From assembly GCA_963803995.1 (NCBI GenBank), contig CAWDOT010000012.1:140822-204821 (forward strand): a DNA stretch of 64,000 nt, written 5' to 3'. This document shows positions 44,015 through 53,101 of the stretch, piece by piece. The DNA comes from an uncultured Acidobacteriota bacterium (lineage in GTDB: Bacteria; Acidobacteriota; Thermoanaerobaculia; Multivoradales; JAGPDF01). Both the position numbers and the translations under genes were made by a program. The notes beneath the pieces are model-generated. The model did not search any database and was not told where the DNA came from. It was given only the letters and a program-made list of their open reading frames with translations. Every line of letters starts with the position of its first letter. Position 1 is the first letter of the stretch.

Positions 44015-44142
44015 GCTGGAAACCTCCTCTGGGTAAGCTCGCGGGACCGGGCGGGGTCCCGCGCATGTGGCGTCTGGATCGTCGGACTCTAGCAGATCGT
44101 CCCGGACCGGGAGCCCCGCCCGGGGCCTGCGGTCCGAATGGC

Positions 44143-46182
44143 TCACTGGGTGCAGGGGAACCCGGTGTCGGCTCCCGTCGCGCCGATCGTCTGGGGGTAC
44201 TGGCCGAGCGGGTTGCGGTAGTGGCGGGTCAGGCCCGAGTGGGTGTCGGTGATCGCGACGTCGTAGGCCTGGTTGGTCAGGCCCGAGACGAAGACCCAGT
44301 AGGCATCGAACGGCGGCACGCAGGCGTCGACCATCTTGACGCCCATCTCGAAGTTGGCCGCGTCGAAGAACCACCAGAACGAGGACTGGTCGGACGCGGC
44401 GCGCTGGCCGTCGAAGCTCATGACCTGCGCGGCGCCGCCGTCGGAGAGGGTGGTCCAGTCGACCTCCACCTGGAAACGGCCGCCGAGCTGGCAGGCCGTG
44501 TCGGCGTCGGCGACGCAGACCGTGGGCTCGCCGCTCGGCGCGAGCAGCGTCACGACGAGCTGGTAGGCGCCCTCGCCGTCGAAGCGGTGAGCCAGGAAAT
44601 TCCAGGTCCCGGCCGCCGGAGCGTCGACCACGATCGACTCGATGGTGCTCGGATTCTGGGAGGCGGCGTCGAACTCGGTCACCGTGGGCTGCGCGCCGGC
44701 GCGCGCGTAGAGGTCGCCGTCGAGCGGTCCGAACAGGTCGCCGACCAGCGTCGCGCGCAGCTGCTGGGTGCCGGCCGGCACTTCGACCGCGAAGGTGTCG
44801 TCGTCGTCGCCGCCGGCGAGCGAATCGGTCGATCCGGAGGAGGTGGAGCCGCCCCCGATCGGCGCCGCTCCGCAGGCCGAGGTGCCGAGGTCGGCGCCGG
44901 CGGTCGCTTCGATCCAGGCGCGGTTGTCGGGGACGTCGGCGAAGAAGCTCTCGCCGGGCGGCTGGCAGTCGAGCGAAGTGGTTCCCGAGCCCACCCCCGC
45001 GAGGCGTTGCACGCCGCCCTGGGAGATCAGCAGGGAGGCGCCGCCGTCGCCCAGGCAGAGCCCCGACTCCGTGCCCGGCGCGCCGAGCGGGGCGGTGAGC
45101 TGGACACAGACCTGGTCGTCGTCCGGAACGATCGAGCAGGCCGCGGTGACCCCCTGACCGGCGCGCCGGATCCCGAACGAGAAGTCGAGGCCGCCGGTCG
45201 CGCCGTAGCCGACCAGCGTGGCGGACAGGCCGCTGCCGATCTCGTCGCCGGTCGCCAGCAGGGTCGGCGCCGCGCCGGGCACCGCTTCGGCGAGCGTGAT
45301 CAGCGCGAGGTCGTGGCCGAGGGCGAACTGGTAGTCGGAGTGGATCGTGATCCCCGCCAGTCCGAAGACGCCGTAGTGGGGGAGGAAAACCTGCTTGTCG
45401 TCGAGCGCGAGCAGCTCGTTGGCCTGAAGGCACTCCTCGCCGGTCAGATCCTGGCCGCAGATGCAGCTCGCCGCGGTGAGGAAGCTCGAGCAGCCGATCA
45501 GCGTGCCGCCGCAGCCGCCCTCGGGGGTCAGCAGCATGCCGGTGGCGGGGAAGTCGACCGAGGGCAGCGCGTTGACCAGGTGCTCGCGCGGCGCGGGCGC
45601 CGGCGCGGCGGCGGCCAGGGCGGCGGCCGGGAAGCGGGCCGCCAGCGGGTCGGCGGGCGCGGCGGCGAGCAGGGTCCGGACCTGATCGGGGGTCGGCGCG
45701 GGGGCAAGCGCTCCGCCGCCCGGCGTGCAGTCGAAGCCGCTGACGCCGTCGGTGGCGCCGATCGTCTGCGGATAGGTGCCGAGCGGATTCGAGTAGGTGC
45801 GGGTCTCGAGGGTGACGGTGTCCTGGATGGTCACCTCGAAAGCCTGGTTGGTGAGCCCCGAGACGAACACCCAGAAGCTGTCGTTGAAGGAGCAGGCGTC
45901 GACCATCTTGACGCCCATCTCGAAATTGGCGTTGTCGAAGAACCAGAAGAACGCCGACTGGTCCGACTCGGCGCGGGCGCCGTTGAAGCTCATCACGTTC
46001 GCCGCGCCGTTCGAACCGGCCGTGGTCCAGCCCACCTCGACGGCGAATCGGCCGGAGAGCAGACAGGCGGTGTCGGCGTCGGCGCCGCAGGCGGCGCGCG
46101 CGGGGACGGCGGCGAGCGGCAGCAGGAACGCCGCGGTGAGAAGCGCGGCCGCGCTGCCGGTCCCTCGGCTCTGGTGGCTCAT
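44143..46182 (-). CDS. Secreted trypsin-fold protein lacking catalytic His and Ser (pseudoprotease), with a PPC-like domain and flanking four-Cys domains
   Basis: Intact 679-aa ORF, ATG 46182 preceded by GGAGAGGAG, with a signal peptide. S1-fold blocks are present but altered: LTAASC where TAAHC is expected, HDLALITL (Asp kept), and CLGDGGASL where GDSGGP is expected. A pre-peptidase C-terminal-like module is DDDDTFAVEVPAGTQQLRATL...GAYQLVVTL. The four-Cys domains lie at 45727-46092 and 44146-44520. Confidence 0.8.
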   Translation of the reverse strand: MSHQSRGTGSAAALLTAAFLLPLAAVPARAACGADADTACLLSGRFAVEVGWTTAGSNGAANVMSFNGARAESDQSAFFWFFDNANFEMGVKMVDACSFNDSFWVFVSGLTNQAFEVTIQDTVTLETRTYSNPLGTYPQTIGATDGVSGFDCTPGGGALAPAPTPDQVRTLLAAAPADPLAARFPAAALAAAAPAPAPREHLVNALPSVDFPATGMLLTPEGGCGGTLIGCSSFLTAASCICGQDLTGEECLQANELLALDDKQVFLPHYGVFGLAGITIHSDYQFALGHDLALITLAEAVPGAAPTLLATGDEIGSGLSATLVGYGATGGLDFSFGIRRAGQGVTAACSIVPDDDQVCVQLTAPLGAPGTESGLCLGDGGASLLISQGGVQRLAGVGSGTTSLDCQPPGESFFADVPDNRAWIEATAGADLGTSACGAAPIGGGSTSSGSTDSLAGGDDDDTFAVEVPAGTQQLRATLVGDLFGPLDGDLYARAGAQPTVTEFDAASQNPSTIESIVVDAPAAGTWNFLAHRFDGEGAYQLVVTLLAPSGEPTVCVADADTACQLGGRFQVEVDWTTLSDGGAAQVMSFDGQRAASDQSSFWWFFDAANFEMGVKMVDACVPPFDAYWVFVSGLTNQAYDVAITDTHSGLTRHYRNPLGQYPQTIGATGADTGFPCTQ

Positions 46183-46208
46183 GGCGATCTCCTCTCCGGC
46201 GGCGCCGG

Positions 46209-48365
46209 TCAGTCCATCAGGGGCAAATAGGCGGACTCGGCGTACTCGCGCACCATGCGGTCGCTCGAGAACTTCGGCGTGATGGTGGCGATCGCCTCCT
46301 TCATCATCGCCACCCAGCGGCGCGGGATCTGCTGCTCGTCGCGGTCGTAATAGGCGGGCACGATCTGCTCCTCGAGCAGGTGGTAGAGCGCCAGGGCGTC
46401 CTCGCGGTCGCGCGCGGCGTCGTCGCCCGCCACCTCCTTGCCGGCGATCACCCAGCCGTTCCTGCCGTCGTGGCCCTCGGGCCACCAGCCGTCGGCGATC
46501 GAGCAGTTGAGGGCGCCGTTCATCGCCGCCTTCATGCCCGACGTGCCGGAGGCCTCGAGGGGCCGCTGCGGCGTGTTGAGCCAGACGTCGACGCCCTGGA
46601 CCAGCATGCGCGCCACCCGCATGTCGTAGTCCTCGACGAAGAAGACGCGTCCCTTCAGCTTGTCGGACTGCGAGAGCTGGAAGAGGTGGGCGATCAGGCC
46701 CTGCCCCTCCTTGTCGGCGGGGTGGGCCTTGCCGGCGAGCAGGATCTGCACCGGCCGCGCCGGGTCGGAGACGAGCTGGCGCAGGCGGTGGAGGTCGGAG
46801 AAGAGCAGGCCGGCGCGCTTGTAGGTCGCGAAGCGACGCGCGAAGCCGATGGTCAGGACCTCCGGATCGAACATCTGCTCGACATTGCGCAGCTCGTCGG
46901 GCGACAGCCCGTGGCGCGCGAACTGGTCGCGCAGGCGCGACCGCAGGAAGCGCGCCAGCCGCCGCTTCTGCTCGAGGTGGGCTTCCCAGAGCTCCTCGTC
47001 GGGACCCTCGAGGATGGCGACCTTGCCGGTCTCGCTGGCGAGCACCTGGGACCACTTCTCGCCGAACCAGCGCGCGAAGAGCTCCTGCAGCTCGACGCCC
47101 AGCCAGGTCGCGGGGTGGACGCCGTTGGTGACCGCGCGCATGCGCTCGGCCTCGGGCAGCGTCTCGGGCAGCAGGTGGTTCCACATCCGGGCCGAGACCT
47201 CGGCGTTCAGCTTCGAAACGCCGTTGACCCGCGCGCTCGTGCGCAGCGCGAGCGCGGTCATGTTGAACGGCTGGTTGGGCTCGCCGTGGTCGTTGTTGCC
47301 GAGCGCCAGCCAGCGCTCGGGCGGCACGCCGAGCGCGAGCCAGAAGCGCTCGAAGTACTTGCGCACGAGCGGCGGATCGAAGACCTCGTTGCCCGCGGGC
47401 ACCGGCGTGTGGGTGGTGAAGACCGAGCGCCGCCGGATGCCGGGGAGAATCGACTCGAAGTCGCCCTCGCCGGCCTCCATCGCGCGGCGGATCCGTTCGA
47501 ACTGGAGGAAGGCCGAGTGCCCTTCGTTCATGTGCCAGACGCTGGGCTCGATGCCGAGCGCCTCGAGCGCCCGCACGCCGCCGACGCCGAGCACCACCTC
47601 CTGCGCCAGCCGCATCTCGCGGCCCGGCGTGTAGAGCATCGAGGTGATCGGGCGGTCGGCGGAGTCGTTCTGCGGCACGTCGGTGTCGAGCAGCACGAGC
47701 GGCACGCGGCCGACCTGGGCCACCCAGACCAGCACCCGGATCTCGCGGTCGGGGAAGGGCACCGTGACGTGGACGACGCGTCCGGTGGGCCCCGACGCCG
47801 GCCGCACCGGCAGGCGCGAGAAGTCGTAGTCGGGGTAGTTGTGCTGCTGGCGGCCGTCGGCGTCGATGGTCTGCCGGAAGTAGCCGTTGCGGTAGAGCAG
47901 GCCGACGCCGACCAGGGGCAGGCCGAGGTCGCTCGCGCTCTTCAGGTGGTCGCCGGCGAGGACGCCGAGGCCCCCGGAGTAGAGCCGGAGCGACTGGTGC
48001 AGGCCGAACTCCATGCAGAAGTAGGCGATGGTCCCCCTGGCCTCGGGAAAACGGCGGGCGAACCAGGTCTCCGCGGGTTCCGCCGTGTAGCGCTCGAACG
48101 CCTGCGTCACCTGGCGGTAAGCGGCGACGAAGCTGTCGTCCTCGAGCCGGGACTGCCAGTGGGTGCGGTCGAAGTTGATCAGGAGCTGCACCGGGTTGCG
48201 GTAGAGCGCCCAGGCGCGGCTGTCGATCTGATTGAAGAGGGCACGCGCCCGCGGGCTCCACGACCACCAGAGGTTGTAGGCGAGGTCGTAGAGCTTGGCC
48301 ACCTCGCGCGGCAGGTCGATGTCGGCGATGTGCAGGCGGGGGATCGGCTTCCAGTCTCGGGTCAT
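46209..48365 (-). CDS. glgP: Alpha-glucan (maltodextrin/glycogen) phosphorylase, short GT35 type
   Basis: Intact 718-aa ORF. N-terminal DUF3417-like LAYNLWWSWSPRARALF, GGLGVLAGDHLKSASDLG, AGKAHPADKEGQ, and the PLP-Lys region EASGTSGMKAAMNGALN. Confidence 0.9.
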   Translation of the reverse strand: MTRDWKPIPRLHIADIDLPREVAKLYDLAYNLWWSWSPRARALFNQIDSRAWALYRNPVQLLINFDRTHWQSRLEDDSFVAAYRQVTQAFERYTAEPAETWFARRFPEARGTIAYFCMEFGLHQSLRLYSGGLGVLAGDHLKSASDLGLPLVGVGLLYRNGYFRQTIDADGRQQHNYPDYDFSRLPVRPASGPTGRVVHVTVPFPDREIRVLVWVAQVGRVPLVLLDTDVPQNDSADRPITSMLYTPGREMRLAQEVVLGVGGVRALEALGIEPSVWHMNEGHSAFLQFERIRRAMEAGEGDFESILPGIRRRSVFTTHTPVPAGNEVFDPPLVRKYFERFWLALGVPPERWLALGNNDHGEPNQPFNMTALALRTSARVNGVSKLNAEVSARMWNHLLPETLPEAERMRAVTNGVHPATWLGVELQELFARWFGEKWSQVLASETGKVAILEGPDEELWEAHLEQKRRLARFLRSRLRDQFARHGLSPDELRNVEQMFDPEVLTIGFARRFATYKRAGLLFSDLHRLRQLVSDPARPVQILLAGKAHPADKEGQGLIAHLFQLSQSDKLKGRVFFVEDYDMRVARMLVQGVDVWLNTPQRPLEASGTSGMKAAMNGALNCSIADGWWPEGHDGRNGWVIAGKEVAGDDAARDREDALALYHLLEEQIVPAYYDRDEQQIPRRWVAMMKEAIATITPKFSSDRMVREYAESAYLPLMD

Positions 48366-48381
48366 CGAGTCTCTCTTCGAA

Positions 48382-50665
48382 TCAGTCCTCGGGCGGTCGC
48401 GCCCACTCGGGCTCGATCTCGGGGAACGGCAGGTCGAGGTCCGCCCAGGCCGGGAGGCGGCGCGCGCGGGGTCCGAGGTCGATCACTTCGCGCAGTCGCG
48501 CGCAGTGCTCGCGGAAGCGCATCTCGGCGTAGTCGCGCCCGGTACCCATGGTGACCAGGAAGGGCCAGTCCGAAGCCGCGGCGAGCAGGAGCTGGTTGAG
48601 GATCGTCCGCCGCCACTTGCGCGACCCGCCCCAGCGCACGGCGGCGAAGGCGCGCCGCTCGAGGTCGGCGAGCTCCCACCAGAACCACTCGGTCTCGGGG
48701 TTGACCCAGACCCGATGATCGCCGCCGGCGCCCCACGAGCCCTCGGCGAAGAAGGCGCGGCGCAGCGCCGGCTGGGCGTCGAGCTCGTGGGACGGCGTGG
48801 TCGCCTCCACCGCGGCGCCGGGCGCCGCCAGCTCGAGCACCCGCTCGAGCCAGACCGGACCCTCGAACCACCAGTGCCCGAACAGCTCCATGTCGAAGGG
48901 CGCGCAGACCACGCCACCGCCCATGCCGTCGAGGCCGGCCGCCAGCGCGAGGAAGTGCTCCGCCTGCTCGTGGGCGCGCGCGCGCGCGTCCTCCGGCCAG
49001 TAGACCAGCTTGTCCGCCATGTCGACCTGGCTCTGGGTCACGCGCCAGAGGCGCAGCCCGGAAGGCCAGTGGCGCTTGTGGAAGTCGAGGAAGGCGCCGT
49101 CGCCCGGATAGCCGCCCTGGCTCGACCAGACCTGCGCGGCGCTGCGCGCGTCGCGCAGGAACGCCGCGACGGCGCTCTGGCGGATCCAGTAGGGGCGGGG
49201 GTGCGGTCCGCCCGGCTCGACCACCTGGTCGGGCGGCAGCTGGGAGCCGTAGGGGAAGGCGGGGTCGCCGGCGCGCACCAGGTGGGCGTCGACCACCGTC
49301 CAGTTGAGCCCCTGTTCGGCGAGGAAGAGCTCGTTGCCGGGGCGGCTCTCCTCGGAGGCGCCGGTGACCGGATGGCGCCAGGGCCCCCCCGGCCGGTAGG
49401 CGCACTCCGGCATCCAGCAGCCGCGCGGATCGATGCCGAACAGCTCGCGGTGGCTCTCGCGCCCGGCGCGCAGCGCCAGCCGGATCAGCTTCGAGGTGTG
49501 CGCGAGCGGCAGGTAGACGTGAGTGCCGGCCGAGGTGGAGAGCTCGATCGTGTCGTTCTCGGCGAGCGCCGCGAGCGCCGTCACGAGGTTCTTGTCGAAG
49601 GACTCCCAGAGCCCCTTCAGCCGCTGGTACTCGCCGTGCCACCAGAGGGCGAGCGGGTGGCGCTTGCGCGTCTCCCAGGCGGCCTTGGCGCGCTCGGCGA
49701 GATAGCGGTCGACGACGCCGACCGTGCGCGGGTCGGCGAGCATGGCGCCGACCACCGGGGTCACCGAGACCGTCGCGACGTGGCGTCGCCCCTTCCCGCC
49801 CAGCCGCCGGAAGACGTCGAGGAGCGGTAGGTAGCAGTGCGCGATCGCCTCCGCCAGCCAGTCCTCGCCGTGGGGCCAGGTGCCGTGGCCGAGCACCCAG
49901 GGCAGGTGCATGTGGAGGACGAAAGCGATCCGGCGCGGCGAACCGTCGACGCGGCCGGAGGCGGCGGCCGTGAAGGCGGGCGGCTCGAGCGGCGGCCGCT
50001 GCTTGAACTGGGAAGAGGATCCGCTCGCGCTCGGCCGCGCTGAGCCGGACGCCGGCGGCGGCCGCGGGCCCGACCGGCGCCTCCGGTTCGCTCCCGCCCT
50101 CGGCCCCGCCGCCGACCTCGACTCCGCCCCCGACCCCGACCGGGACGCCCACTTCGCCCGGCTCGGGCTGGAACTCGACCGGCGTCGTCAGCACCGAGCG
50201 CGGCGGCGGCTCCGGCCTGGCCGCCTCGCCAGCGAGCTTAGGCAACTCGGCGAAAGGAGGGAGGCCAGCCCGGGACGGAGGCTGGTCTTCGGAAGGCAAA
50301 AGCTCCATAGAAGGGGTCGTGGCGGGCGAGGCGCCCTTGCGAGTCCGGCGCTTCGTGGGGGCGGCAGCGCCCTCCGGTTTGGCCTTGGCAGCCGCCTTGC
50401 CCTTTGCGCCCGACCCGGCCTTCGAATCCGGTTCGCCACGCCTGCCGGCGGCGGCCGCTGCGCTCGCCTTTACGCCCTTTCCTTGGGCTCCCGCTGCCTT
50501 CTTCGGGCTGGTGGCGGTCCGGCGGCGGCGCGACTCCGCGTTCGGAAGCCCCGAACTCGCCTCGGCAGCTTCAGCGACCTCGACCGCAGGCTTTTTTTCC
50601 TTAACTGGGCTTTTGCTGTTCTTTACTTTGGGCGTGCTTCCCTTCGCCTTCGGCCGGTCGCTCAT
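48382..50665 (-). pseudogene. GH57 1,4-alpha-glucan branching enzyme with a ~230-aa Lys/Ala/Pro-rich N-terminal extension, one frameshift
   Basis: GH57 core IAFVLHMHLPWVLGHGTWPHGEDWL, GCWMPECAY and FDMELFGHWWFEG (ORF 48382..49911). No start codon lies in frame just upstream of the core. The only ATG (50665, ATGA overlap with the DHH stop) opens a different frame that meets the core frame at about 50005. The extension is therefore plausible but unproven. Confidence 0.7.
50296..50640. repeat. Long-hairpin repeat element, copy D, inside the putative N-extension coding region
   Basis: Left end GCAAAAGCTCCATAGAAGGGG (50296-50316). Right end CCTTAACTGGGCTTTTGC (50599-50616) plus TGTTCTTTACTTTGGGCGT, similar to the copy C right flank TGTTTTCC...CCTTGGGCGT. 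Confidence 0.65.
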
Positions 50666-51795
50666 CGCGCTCGCTCGCTTTCCGCCGCGGCGCGCGCTTC
50701 GCGCGCCACGTCGCCGCCGTTGGGCTCGATCGGCGCCTCGCGCGCGGCGCGCGCGGGCGCGACTTCGAGCGGCAGGAGCTTGTCGGGGTTCTTGCGCAGC
50801 GCGGCGGCGAAGCGGCGAGCGAGCTGGCGCTCGACGGTCCGGGTCGTTTCCGGGTGGAGCTCGTCGACCACGATGAAACCGCCGGCGAGGGTGCCGTGAC
50901 CGCCGCCCTTGCCGCGCTTGCCGATCAGCCGGCGCATCAGGTTGCCGGCGTCGGCGCGCGGATTGGTCGTCCGGATCGACAGGTAGAGCCGGTCGCCGTG
51001 GCTGCCGGTGCAGAGCGACCAGGTCTTGCCCTCCATCCGCAGCAGCAGGTCGGCGATCTCCGGCACGATGTCCGGCTGGTCGACGCGGCCGAGGTTGGAG
51101 ACGATCAGATTGCCGACGCCGGCCAGACCCTCGATCGCGCGGTGGAGGATCTGGAAGTAGGAGAAGGGGAGCCGCGCGGTCTGAATGCGCGCCAGCATCC
51201 GGCGGTCGATGCGCGGCAGCAGGCGGTCGTACGCGGCGTGGTCGGGGCCCGCGGCCTCCCGGCCGAAATCCTGGGTCTCGGAGCGGATCGCGTAGACCAG
51301 GCCGGTCGCCAGCGCCCGCGGCGGCGCGATCCCGGCGGCCTCGAGGTACTCGGCGAGGATCGTCGCGGTGGCGCCATAGGCGGGGCGGACGTCCGCCAGC
51401 CGCGCCGACTGGGTCGCCTTGCGCATCGGGTGGTGGTCGATCACGAGGTCCGGCACGACCCCCTTGGGCAGCTGCGAGTTCCCGGTCCAGGGCTGGCAGT
51501 CGACCAGCGCGAAGTGCTGATAGTCGCGTCTCTTCAAATGCCGCAGGTGCGAAAGCTCCAGCTTCAGGCTGCGCACCATCTCCCGGTTCTCGGCCCGCCC
51601 GATCATGCCGCCGTAGGCGACGGTGGTCCGACGCCGGAAGCGCCGCCGGAGGATCAACGACAGCACCGCGGTCGCCGCCAGGGCGTCCGGGTCGGGGTTG
51701 TCGTGGGTGAGTACCAGCCAGCGGGCGCGGGGCGAAGTGGCTTCGACCTCAGCGGCGAAGGCGGCGAATCGCGCCCTCGTCTCGTCGCTCGTCAT
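50662..51795 (-). CDS. DHH-family phosphoesterase (NrnA-like)
   Basis: 377 aa. Motifs THDNPDPDALA, VIDHHP (DHH) and GKGGGHGTLAG (DHHA1 GGGH). Confidence 0.85.
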   Translation of the reverse strand: MTSDETRARFAAFAAEVEATSPRARWLVLTHDNPDPDALAATAVLSLILRRRFRRRTTVAYGGMIGRAENREMVRSLKLELSHLRHLKRRDYQHFALVDCQPWTGNSQLPKGVVPDLVIDHHPMRKATQSARLADVRPAYGATATILAEYLEAAGIAPPRALATGLVYAIRSETQDFGREAAGPDHAAYDRLLPRIDRRMLARIQTARLPFSYFQILHRAIEGLAGVGNLIVSNLGRVDQPDIVPEIADLLLRMEGKTWSLCTGSHGDRLYLSIRTTNPRADAGNLMRRLIGKRGKGGGHGTLAGGFIVVDELHPETTRTVERQLARRFAAALRKNPDKLLPLEVAPARAAREAPIEPNGGDVAREARAAAESERAR

Positions 51796-51868
51796 CGGGT
51801 GAGGATCCTAGCATCCGGGCCTCCACCCCTCCGCTATACTTCCCGCGCCTTCAGCCGAGGCCGCCCGC

Positions 51869-53094
51869 ATGAAAAGAGTGCTTTTCCTCTCCCCCGGATA
51901 CCCGAGCGAGATGCCGCAGTTCGTGCGCGGCCTCGGCGAGGTCGGCGCGGCCGTCTACGGCGTCGGCGACCAGGCCGAGGGAATGCTGCCCGCCGCGGTC
52001 CGGCGCACCCTCTCGGGTTACCTCCGGGTGTCCTCGTTGTGGGACGAGGAGGCCGTCGTCGCGGCGGTCCGGGAGTGGCGCGAGCTGGGGGCCCCCGACC
52101 GTGTCGAGTGCCTCTGGGAACCGGGCATGCTGCTCGCCGCGCGGCTCCGCGAGGCCCTGGGAGCCCCCGGGCTCGGGGTCGAGCGGACCATTCCGTTCCG
52201 CAACAAGGAGCGGATGAAGCAGGTGCTCGACGCCGCCGGGATCCGCACTCCCCGCCACCAGGCGGCGCAGAGCGCGGCCGGGATCTGGGAGGCCGCCGAG
52301 CGGATCGGCTTTCCCGCTGATCGTCAAGCCGATCGCCGGGGCGGGCTCGGCGGACACCCATCGGGTCGAGAACCGCGACGAGCTGGCGCGCGTGGTCGCC
52401 GCCGTCCGCGCACGTCGAGGAGGTCTCGCGTCGAGGAGTTCGTCGACGGCGAGGAGTACACCTACGACACGGTCTCGATCCGGGCGTGCCGGTCTACCAC
52501 AACATCGCCTGGTACCGGCCGCGGCCGCTGGTGGCGCGCACCAACGAGTGGATCAGCCCGCAGGTGGTGGCGCTGCGCCACCCCGACCAGCCGGCAGCTC
52601 GCCGCGCGGCGTCGAGATGGGGCGGGCGGTGCTCGCCGCGCTCGGCTTCGAGTACGGGGTTCACCCACATGGAGTGGTACCACAAGGCCGATGGCGAGGT
52701 CGTGTTCGGGGAGATCGGCGGCCGGCCGCCGGGCGCGCACCAGGTCGACCAGATGAACTACGCCTGCGAGCTCGACGTCTTCCGCGGCTGGGCCGAGGCG
52801 GTCGTCCACGGCAGCTTCACGCAGCCGGTCGAGCGGCGCTACAACGTCGCCAACGTCTACAAGCGCGCCGAGGGCGAGGGGCGCATCGCGCGCGTCGAGG
52901 GGCTCGACGGGTTCAAGCGCCGCCATGGCGCGGCCGTGGTCTGGGACAACCTCCTGCCGGTCGGGGCCCGCCGGCGCAACTGGAAGCAGACGCTGGTGTC
53001 GGACGGCTTCCTGGTGATCCGCCATCCCGACCTCGCCACCACGCTCGCGATGGCCGACGAGTTCGGCCGCGAGGTGCGGCTCTACGCCGCCTGA
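51869..53094 (+). pseudogene. ATP-grasp ligase paralog 1, at least 6 frameshifts
   Basis: MKRVLFLSPGYPSEMPQFV..., FRNKERMKQVLDAAGIRTP, IGFP/LIVKPIAGAGSAD, VEEFVDGEEYTYDTVSI, GFTHMEWYHKADGEVVFGEIGGRPPGA, ending REVRLYAA-stop 53092-53094. Shifts at about 52314, 52400, 52420, 52480, 52605 and 52657. Confidence 0.8.
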
Positions 53095-53101
53095 GGAGAG
53101 C

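Noticed and set aside
48362-50665. The 767-aa ORF as an alternative protein overlapping the GH57 gene.
   Set aside because: Downstream of about 50005 its translation is Arg/Pro/Ala noise, whereas the other frame carries all the GH57 motifs. Only its first ~220 codons are retained, as the possible N-extension.
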